From Paraspadella gotoi (taxonomy: Eukaryota > Animalia > Chaetognatha), in NCBI GenBank assembly GCA_051294375.1, contig CM119265.1, positions 27,162,517 to 27,226,516 of the forward strand: DNA of 64,000 bases, in the 5' to 3' direction. Position 1 is the stretch's first letter. Every line of letters begins with the position of its first letter. The notes below the pieces were generated by a model. That model worked only from the letters and a program-made list of their open reading frames with translations, had not been told where the DNA came from and ran no database searches. The translations under genes and the position numbers were made by a program. This document shows, in pieces, positions 35,701 through 45,922 of this stretch.

Positions 35701-38700
35701 TAATTATTTCACATTCACTCCACTAACCCACGGATTCGGCCTTGACGTGATAGGATTTGATTATGGTGTAATGAGTCTGAGCGTATCGGTTAACAGTGCC
35801 GGCGGCGTCTCGGCAGAGTTCCAAAGGGTCTTTCCGGTTGTACCACCGACTCATCGATCGCTTGATTCCCGACGGACCTCCGCGCGCTGTATTCCACTTA
35901 ACGATCTTGGACGACTGCTTGGGCGACTGCTTGGGCGACTGCTTGGGCGACTGCTTGGCGGCTGAGGAAAGCAATATTTTCAGAGTTTAATCCTCACTTT
36001 TGACTGGTTATTGTGGGTGAAGGCCTTCATACCTATAAGTAGAAATCTACTATGAAATTAAATTCAATAGGGGNNNNNNNNNNNNNNNNNNNNNNNNNCG
36101 AAAAAAAGGTACTTGGGGGACACGAGCAGAAAAGTGCAAGAATTGCTCCACAAAAATGAAAACGCTTACCATTAGCTGCAGCATCTGGACACTCTCGCCC
36201 TCCGGAGTTTCCTTTAACCCGCCGTTCCATGAAAGCATGGGAAAAACTGTCTCAAAAAATCTCAGATATGTCAATCAATAAAAAGCTACCAATTAGAGGC
36301 ACAGAAGAAACCAACTCAAGCATTAATGGATTACTGGTGATGAAATAAGGTATGAATAGAAAGAAAGACAAGTACCATTACTCTTCCGCTTTTGAAAGGG
36401 CAAAATATATTGCACCAAAAATTTTGATTTATCTAAGCACACGGCTCCTCCATATCCAAAGATTATATAAATTACTTACACTCAGATACTTTCAAAGTCA
36501 ACAGCCAGATTATCCAGGGGTATCGATAACCTCCGAGAGAAAGATATCGGCCATAATTACCATGGCCACAAGCACGATCTGGTCACCATATTCAATCGCA
36601 TCACTATGGATGATAACAAAAATAGGATATGAAGAATCCCCCTGACCGAAACCTTATTACAAGATTATTAAAGAGGCCCAAGAAGATAATGACACGAATC
36701 TGCATTCGGAATAAATTCCCAAGTTTCTCGTACAGAATTGTTCCACATTTCATCAATTTAAAAAAAAAAAATGGCATTTCATTGTGAATGATGCTCAAAA
36801 ATTGATATTAAATATATTTTTACAGAACAAACAAACACAACAACTTTACTTGGAAATTTTGTATTTTTCATAACAGTCTTTTCAATTGAATAACAACTTT
36901 TTCCATTTCCTTAAATTTACTTCATCGCCTTTTTTCAATAATCTGATTTTTACATACATTTCAAGTAACTTACATCATTTTTACCAAAACATAAAACAAA
37001 GCATAAAAATAATCATGAACATGAAATTCATATTCCACCTCAATGTCGCCCTTGAACAAATTGGAATCCACTGTAGTACAATCAGATTCAAATCTATAGC
37101 TAAAATTTGCATTAAAACTATTTCATTCTACTTTTCTTTTCCATTATTTCCATCTTTGTGTTGGCATCACTTTATCATCTCATCATTCTTCAATTTGTGT
37201 GGGCCAACTCAATCTCTGTGTCGTTCTTCACTTTCACTTCTTTTGGACGTTCACAAAACAACTTCCGTTCGTGGATTTGTCCCCTCTCATCTTGGATATG
37301 CGATTACTTCCTTCACGATCATTCTCACTTCATTGTTACTTAACTCTGTTTTCATCGTTTCTTTTAACTTTCGTTTCCGAACTTTATAAAACGTGAGGAC
37401 CGTTTTATTTTACGTGGTTGTGACGTTATTGGTAGCAGAATAATTTGTGGGTTCATTTCAAATGAGATTGAGTTCTTCAATCTTCATTTATCTCAATATT
37501 CCTGTAGTAGTTTGGACCATTTCTCATACTCTCTCTTCTCGATGCAGTTTCATAATAGTCATACTATTTTAGGTTTTGGACAATAGTTTTAATATGGTTT
37601 TAATAATGTTTTAGTTTTCAATTATGCTATTCAAATATTTCATAGTAGTATTTGGTCGCTTTTATAAATGGAAGTATGTTTCTTGTTCTGGGAAGACTGG
37701 CTCATGTTTGATAGATAAAAAAAGAAAAACATTTGTTATTTGTCCAAAGGCCTAGCTTATTAATCAGCTAGTGATTTCAGGGTCGGTTTGAACCACTATG
37801 CCCATTTTCTTTAGTCTTACCACTTATAATATAATAAACATTATGTATCTTGTGTTAAATAATTAAAATAATGTTAATGTGATAATACAATAAATAATGT
37901 AATGTCACTGTTGTTTCTCTTTATATTAATTCATAAAACATTAATCAAGGTGAAAACAGGCAAAAAGAAACAATGCGGAGCATTCTACACACTAACCATA
38001 AGGGTCAACAATAAATAATAATATAAGATGCCCCCCCTAGAAGGTTCCTTGCGTTTACCCGATTCATCTCTCGCCCTAAAACCTTCAATTACATTTGCAA
38101 TTGGTACCGAGAGACAACTACGTCTTTCAATTCGAAAGTTTATCTTACGTAAAATGTTTTAGTTAATTTTAATTATGTAGTTTTTTGTGGTATTATCTAT
38201 AATAACTTATCCTTTACCCCAAGGTCTGCCTTAATTCCGACGACCTCTTCCTATTTAACTTCTATTACACCGAACATAGAAAATTAGAAACGGAGGAGGA
38301 ACCTGAGGACCGCGCCGAGCCAAGACGGACGCCGCTACTGGTAAACCAGATAATTGTAGGAGAAAAATGAGCTTATATAGGGGAGACTAACTCAATAAGG
38401 TGGGTTAAGAATTGAATTAAGCACCTACTCAAACGAAAATTAGACATTTTAAAAAAAATTTGAATAGACAAAATTTTTTATTTTTACTCCATACTCCATA
38501 TATTAATTTTTTAATATTTTTTATAAAATAGGAAAGGCTAAAATTTTTTTTGGATTTTTGGATTTAAGATTCAGATTCAGGTAGCTTGCAAAAAGTTATC
38601 ACACAAAGTATAATTCTTTTTTCGATTATTTGATCATAAGAGAGGTAAGCTCCGGACCAATTCAAAATTTTTAATGGGAAAGCATTAAACTAATCATTAT

Positions 38701-40620
38701 GGTATTAATTATTGTAGTTAAAATATTTTTTTTTTACAAAAAATTTCCCCGAACCTGAGTTAATTCGCTAAAATATTATTTATGCTATATAATGTCAAAT
38801 TTTTTGGATATTTTAAGTTTTTAATTGATTCTGGATTGATGCATTAAAAAGTTTAAACAAAAATATAGTAATTACAACTTTTTAAAATTGATGTTTTATT
38901 ACTAAAAAATTGTGTAAAAAACTGCTTAAAATCATCGGTATGATTGATGATGATGATGGATTCTTTTAGGTTTTCTCAATTTAAACCCACTATCATCAAA
39001 ATATTGCAAAAAAGAATACTATACTTTGTGTCTAGCATACTTCTCATAAGCCATCGTTGAATCTGCTTTTAATAATAACAAATTCAAAACAAAAATTTTT
39101 GACATTTCCTATCTATAAAATAAATATTAAAAAAGAAGTTAATTACTAATGCTTCTTGCCATTTTAGAAATTTTGCTCCATTGAAAGTTTTCTCAGAAAT
39201 CGTATTGAAGTTTCATTTGTGAAAGGCTTCCAAATCAAACTTCTTGACCCACCCCATTGACGAAGTTTGGCGCTATCATAAGTATGTGAAAAATAGTGAA
39301 AAACTATTATTATAACATCATTCATTCATGCATTTTTCGATAATTTTATTTATTTTTTTTAATATTCGGACCATAGAAAACATATAATATTTCGACAATG
39401 TTGTAGTTGAATTTTTTATTTAACTTTTTATGCTCTATCGAGTCCATAAAAAAAAGTTACAGATTGATTTTTAAAAAAACATTTTTATCATTATATTAGT
39501 AATTTGCTAATGTTTAATAGCAACAATTAAAAGCATTAAAAATCCGAAAACTTTTTTTAAAAAATTTCTTTTTTACCTTAAAAGTAGACTTACAAGACTT
39601 AAAGTTTTGAACCCCCCGCAATTTCTTAACCACCTTATTGAGTTAGTCTCCCCCTACTATAAGCCTCATTTGTTTCTCCCTACAATTATCTGGTTTACCA
39701 GTAGCGGCTCCGTCTTGCTCGGCGCGGTCCTCAGGTTCCTCCTCCGTTTCTAATTTTCTATGTTCGGTGTAATAGAAGTTAAATAGGAAGAGGTCGTCGG
39801 AATTAAGGCAGACCTTGGGGGTAAAGGATAAGTTATATAGATAAATACCACAAAAACTACATAATTAAAATTAACTAAACATTTTACGTAAGATAAACTT
39901 TCGAATTGAAAGACGTAGTTGTCTCTCGGTACCAATTGCAAATGTAATTGAAGGTTTTAGGGCGAGAGATGAATCGGGGTAAACCAAGGAACTCTTCATT
40001 TTTTCCCAGCCAATCATGTGACCGACAAGCACCACAAGAATGCCCAGTGGGACCACCGGCCACTTACCGCGTCCATTAATTGGTAGGCGTCTCTCTTGAC
40101 TTGCGGTTGGGCGGCCCTCGTGCAAACGACGATCGCCAAACACGCGGCGGCCTTGTTGTAACCGGGACCGCCGAGATGGACGGGCACCGAATTCTGGAAT
40201 TCAATAAATGAATGAAAACGAATTAAACTTTTTTAATCACAACAACGTCCGTGTAGGAGGGAAACTCTGGCAGAATCATCGTGGACTCTTTTGAACTCCA
40301 GAAAGACTCATATCAATCAACGTTTTTATTATCATCATAATTATTAGTTATTGATTTCTTATAAATCAAACGTTTCTATTTCCGGACTAGTATTATTATT
40401 ATTATTTCCTGACCTTGACGATCTTGCCGATTTCGTGAACGACCGGAAGGCCCGCTCCCGCCTTGACCAAGCGAAGGATGGTGGGACAGTCACTGTCGAA
40501 GAGTCTCGTCTTGATGACGTTGGCGATGGCGTCGCCGCGACAAAGACCATCTTCGGATCCGTAGAGGACGAATCGTTTCACGCTCAGACGATCTCGATCC
40601 GTCATCGCCGACTGCGACAT
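32721..40620 (-). CDS. RO60: Divergent RO60/TROVE2-like protein (TROVE + vWA), ~14 exons
   Basis: TDRDRLSVKRFVLYGSEDG..ILRLVKAGAGLPVVHEI, CLAIVVC..VKRDAYQLMDA, IKRSMSRWYNRKDPLEL..THYTIIKSYHVK, KSILIALDL..TSSDVAAVM and FDAFVVFT..PSEALKAYRAAVGVEAKLVVVG..FTVAHPEDPNSLDIVGF parallel the RO60 blocks in order. Confidence 0.82.
33511..33775 (-). mobile_element. tRNA(Gly)-derived SINE, family B, full-length copy (RO60 intron)
   Basis: Minus strand has A-box-like TGGCTGAGCAGG, TCC anticodon-like loop and B box GGTTCAATCCC, then the hairpin-rich domain. Direct repeat with 33969..34226. Confidence 0.75.
33969..34226 (-). mobile_element. tRNA(Gly)-derived SINE, family B, second tandem copy (3' extension continues to ~33880)
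   Basis: Near-identical to 33511..33775. The downstream segment GAGCCCTACTCTCGAACACGCAACC..CGCCTATGCCC is also present at 51525-51615. Confidence 0.75.
38044..39993. repeat. ~370-bp near-perfect inverted repeat (38044-38414 / 39619-39993) around a 1.2-kb AT-rich spacer
   Basis: 38054 ACCCGATTCATCTCTCGCCCTAAAACC.. is the reverse complement of ..GGTTTTAGGGCGAGAGATGAATCGGGGT at ~39980. The match extends inwards to CTCAATAAGGTGG(G)TTAAGA. Confidence 0.92.
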
Positions 40621-41159
40621 TTCTTTACGTTTATGTCGGGAGGAGGAGAAAGGATAAACAATTTGGACAATTATCGTTTCTTCGGGATCCCTTCCTTCCG
40701 AGTCAAAAGCTCATAGTCGTTTTCTCTCGATCTTGAGAGGAAGCGACGGAAAAAATCCCAGGATTTATAGATGAACAAGTAGAAAACTAAAAAATAAAGA
40801 AGAGATAAAAAAGTAATAAGTATCGACAATATTACACACGTGTAATTCCGACTGCGGAAGTAGAAAAAAAGAAATTTCGTTGCGGTCTTGAGTAACAATT
40901 GTATTCAATCAATTGACAGTGTGTGAATTCTTCGGCATTAAGTTAACGATAAAAAAAAATAAATAAAAATAAAGGCAATTTCTGGCAATAGTTAAAATAG
41001 ACGTATATCCATAGAAAACAACCATGATTCAACAAATGAACGAAGCGATTAGAAAAAAGGATCGCAATATAATATAATAATAACAAAAATATGTGTTTTT
41101 CTGGCAAGTAGTATATCACAGCCATACAAATGAGTTCAAGCTAATCGTAAATCTCTCGA

Positions 41160-44100
41160 TCACCATGGCAGGGCGGACAGCACGGGATCGGTGATCAACA
41201 CGATCTCCTTCTTCCCCTTTTCCATGAAGGCCCAGAAGTAGGCCTTGCAGCCGCCGACTCCCTCCGCCTCGAGGACCTTCCGCACGTCCTCGACGTCGAG
41301 GGCGCCGGGGTCGACGTAGCACTGGAAGCTTCGGGTCTCGTTGTGGACGAGGAGGGGAGAATCGCGGTCGAGCTCCTTATCGGGAATGAAGAGGCTCTGC
41401 ATGGAGATTGGAGAGGGGACTCTTTCTGGGTGATGTCAAAAGGGTCACACAACGATGAGTCTCACTCACCCCCGATTTGTCGATGGAGGGTATGGCGCCG
41501 CCCACGCTTCTCTTAGCCGCTTGAACCTTGAGAACGAGATTGCCCTTCTTCTGCCGCTCGATGTTGAAGACGTCGAACAAAGTCTCCGTCTTTTTGGGTT
41601 CGTCGGCGGGAATGTTGGGGTTCATGACTGGAGAATGAGAAAAGATCAAAATGAGATAGAGATAACAAATAAGAAGATTAAATAAAAAGATAACGAGAAT
41701 AATGAAAAGATAGCTTAAAGACGTAAAAATAATAAGTAAGTCAGATGAGAAAAAGAGAATAAAAATGAAAATGATAAGAGTATGAGATGAGATGAAAAAC
41801 CTTAAGATGAGATTAGGATAAGATTTCGCCAAAGTCGAAAAAAAAAACTTACTGTTGCTCCACAGTTTCTGGGCGGCGTCGGGCTGCAAGAAACCCGCGC
41901 GGTCGGCAGCGATGGCTACGCGTTTGTGCCTCCGGCGAAAGATTTGGCATTTTTTCTTGTGATTCGGCCAGTCCTCCTTTTGACAAGTGGTCCTGCGAAT
42001 GGGTTGAATACATTGGACTATGATTGCAATCGTGGCGAAAACTTTCTTTCATCGCGTGACCCGCAGTAAAAAAGGACTCTGCAGCTGGCGCAACAAGTTA
42101 ACTTTTTGTCGCCCCCGCAAGCGCCGCAAGCGCCGCAAGCGTAACGCGGCTTGATCCCCCGCAGATGCTTGTCAAAGACGGCGGCGACGACGTTGAAGTT
42201 GGCGGCGAAATCTCGGACGCAGCATAAATCGTTGTCTTTAGCGTCGGGATCGGCGTCGTAGGAGAGAAGTAGGTCCACCTCCGTCACGTTTTGCTTGGAG
42301 ACGGCGTCGTGAAGGGCGACGGTGCCGTAGACAGAACTGTCAAGTGGTCACGTGCTTGATGTAGCATGAAGAGAAGACGATCAAGCAAAAAGGATCTCAC
42401 TGGATGTTGGGATCCGCTCCTCTTTTCAGAAGATGCTCCAGCAATTCGGGCTGAGGATGCCATCCGGCGGCGTGCATGACCGCTGTGTAGCCAAAGTCAT
42501 CGCGCGCGTCGAGTCGCTCTCCCTGGAGGATACATTAGGAGATTTGTTAATAATTGTAATAAAGTTTAATGTGAAATAAGAAAATCAAACGAGAGTAAAC
42601 CTGATCGAAGAGAAAATCGATGATTCTCTTGAAGTCTTCCACTTTTGATTTGGCGAGGGTCAAGTTAAAAAGATGAAGACGTTGAATCCCGAGGATGGGA
42701 AAGTGGATGAGGGGAATGTTGATGCGGCCGTGCTTGAGTCCAGCGAAACTCAGGTTCCAGGCCTTGGGACGAAATTTTTAGAATCGTCTGTAAATAATAC
42801 TCAAAACAAACTCCAAACGGGTCGAACCTACCTTTTTAAGATTCATCAAATCGCCCGATATTACATAGCAGAACGGAAATGGTAAGGAAAGAAAATTCCC
42901 CATGGGTATATCAAATATAGCCGCCTGTGGTCGGGGAAAAAATAAGTCAATTTTTTGGAGAAACTTTCATCAATTCTTGATTAGTGACATTTGCCGAGCT
43001 ATTAAATGCTCTCTACATTCCTTCATCAATATCGGGGCGAATTATGAAAAAGTTTCTAAATGTATTTATTAACGAATTTAATTCTTTGCATTTGCCGAGA
43101 CTCACCCTTCCCTCCCCTCCCCTAATACCCGCTGCTTTTCTCGCACGGGTCGGTCGCTGAAATTCCTTTTTCTCACCGACGGACCAACATGTGATTCCTG
43201 GCGTCGAATCGCGTTCAACTTGGACCGAAGCCTTTTCTCGCTCGGATGCATTTTCAGTCCTGAGAGGCGGCGAAAATTATTTCATATCAATTCTAACAAA
43301 ATATTTTTCTAAGAATCATGTCAACGCAGGAAAGGGGTTAATCTCGCTTGGCTTTTCTGCCTTTCTTCTCTCTCGACCAATCAGAGAGGTGGCTTCCTTG
43401 ACGGAATCGACCGGAGAGAGATGAGAGAAGAAACCAGGCAGTCTTCAACTTACCCTCAAGAACTCAACATCAAATTCTATTTATTGTATTTGTTTACTCT
43501 CTGTTTATTCTGCATAATCTCCATCAATTATCATTATCTCCTTATGTGTTTAATTTTAATAAAAGTCCTTTAACTTCTCAATTAACCATGCCGACTTCCT
43601 TCACTGATGTAGACTTCTAAACAATATAGAAAAGCATCAAAAATTTAAAAAAATATACATAATAGCAAAACAGAACCTTAAGCAATGAGACTTTGAATAA
43701 TCTACTACTCCATGCAAATAAAATGAATGAATTAAATCTCATTTAGTCATATTCTAAGAATCTATGCTCTTGCATTTATAGGTCAGCGTCGGCAGCGATT
43801 ATGATTAGCCCGACGTCTCTTTCCTCCCCCTTCCACCCCATCCAACACACCAGCTCCGACATCTGAATCTATTCACCAAGAGCAAGGGCGACATCCGCGC
43901 GACCAAATTGTCTTAATTCCGTTTCGGCCGAACTCAGGCGCAAGTATCTGTTCGTTGAGAAAGAGAAAAAAAATTAATCAAAATAAAATCATAAAATAAA
44001 ATAAAAATCCCGATCTAATACTTAACGGAGTGGTCTTTTCATACAATTAAAACATTGTTTGAAACATTATACCATTCATTGATAGGGAAGCCAAGTACTC

Positions 44101-45551
44101 TGGTAGTGAATAAACGAGATTGTGTAAAAGTCTTGATTGAAAGATTGCTATGTCATGATCTTGTAAGAGTGATGGAGGCTTAAACCACCCAAGCCTGTCC
44201 AAAATCAGGGGCAAGATAGCTTATTTAATATTTATTAAAAATTTTAATTTATTTTTAATTTATGAAATTGGTACAATCAATATAATAATTATCCATTCAT
44301 TAAATATCTTCCCCTGGCTTTGGTGGTTTAAGGCCTCCATCACTCTTACAAGATAATGACATAGCAGGTCCCTGCAAGCTTTCAATAAAGACTCTCACAG
44401 TCTCATTTATTAACTCCCAGAGTACCCGGCCTTCCCTATCAATGAAGTGGTATAATCTTTTAAAGAATGTTTCAAATGTATGAAAAGACCACTCCCTTAA
44501 GTATTATATCGGGAAATACTATATTGTACTCCGCCTAGCATTAAAATACAAGGAGCTTAATTTTATGAAATAATAATAATAGTAATAGTAATATTAGTTG
44601 TACCAATTTCATAATCAAGACGTTTTCTACTTAGGTCTCTTTTACAATATAAAACTGCGTTTCTTTCTAAAGTCGTCCTTACCCCTCAATGCAAGTGGGT
44701 TTAAGAACAACGGCCCTCCGCGCATCCTCCCTCGCCAGGCCGTGGTTCCTCATTTCAATATGAACGCCTGCCCGCCTGGCCAGCGCCTGAGGCAGCAGCG
44801 CCGTCAACTCGGCCGCCGAATCCACAATGCCGTTCAGGATCTCTAGGGCGCCTTTGTAATCCATTATCTCCACCGCGGAACGGGCCGCCATCAATCTAAA
44901 AGGAAAATATAAATAAAATATTATAGATTTAATTAATATTTCTTGAAGAATGAAGAACTTATGCCTTTCAAAAGTACATGGTGACAATTTGAAACCCGCC
45001 GCTAAAAATTCTTCGGAACTACTCTCGTCAAAACATTTCGAAGGGCGTTATGACGTTTCGAGCATAAAAAATACAAAAACATTTTCTACAAAGATATTGT
45101 TCAGACAAGTTTCGGCTTTTATTCAAGCCTTTATCAGTGCTTTGTCTACAAAGATATTAAAATCAACTTTTTTAAATATTTTTTTAAAGTTTTTTTAAAC
45201 ACCTTTATTAATATAAATTAATTTATTATTATAGCTTAACCAAGCTAAATTTATCTTTATTTCTGATTAAGAACTTCCAAGTTGATCTTCATCTTTCTTC
45301 AATCATTAGTAAAACAAAACAGATTAAAATAATATAAAATTTATAAAATATATATATTAATTATAATTATCTCATTTAAAAAATTTAAAATAGAGATTTT
45401 TTTTAGCGGTGGGTTACAAATTGTCACCCTGTAGGAATCCTAACCTTTTATCCATCGCGCAATCGGCTTCCAACTTCGGAGGATGAACATATTTATTTTG
45501 AATTCTTCTCATCCAATCAAAGTCAAACTCATCGACTTCCGGGAGCAACAT
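41160..45551 (-). CDS. TPR + ankyrin + zf-MYND protein with conserved C-terminal domain (multi-exon)
   Basis: TPR ALARRAGVHIEMRNHGLAREDARRAVVLKPTCIEG|YLRLSSAE; ankyrins LDARDDFGYTAVMHAAG..LLKRGADPNI and GTVALHDAV..LLLSYDADPDAKD; MYND CGACG..CASCRVLFYC|..CQKEDWPNHKKKC; C-terminal LVLKVQ..LLVHNETRSF..GVGGCKAYFWA..PW. Confidence 0.78.
44008..44514. mobile_element. Palindromic MITE/foldback element (~220-bp arms); fragments also at ~16150-16240, 31015-31175, 55130-55185, 59665-59735, 63105-63180
   Basis: TCCCGATCTAATACTTAACGGAGTGGTCTTTTCATACA.. at the left end is inverted as ..TGTATGAAAAGACCACTCCCTTAAGTATTATATCGGGA at the right end. Internal motifs CTTCCCTATCAATGAAGTGGTATAA and AAGATAGCTTATTTA recur in other introns. 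Confidence 0.8.
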
Positions 45552-45576
45552 CCTTCTGTTACAATCTGTAATTACC

Positions 45577-45612
<36 letters not shown>

Positions 45613-45863
45613 GTAAAGTAATAAGAATAATAATATTTTTCAATATAATTAAATGTCATTTGAGGCTAAAAAATTAAGGACTAATGAAGAATAGCACGGT
45701 AAAAAATTATGTTAAAAATGAGTAAAAACCGATGTATAAAGTGATCCAAAAAAGATCCATTTATAATTATATTCGCAAAGCATTGATAGAAAAAAAATGA
45801 AGCTAGGCAAATTCGTTAAAACGACTAAAGAAGAAGAAAAAATTAGAGACGAAATCACGATTG

Positions 45864-45899
<36 letters not shown>

Positions 45900-45922
45900 A
45901 AAAGGCTGTCCGTTGAGACTTT

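Noticed and set aside
38044-39993. Autonomous DNA transposon defined by long TIRs
   Set aside because: No transposase ORF between the arms, and the arms contain host RO60 exon-like sequence; reported instead as an inverted duplication.
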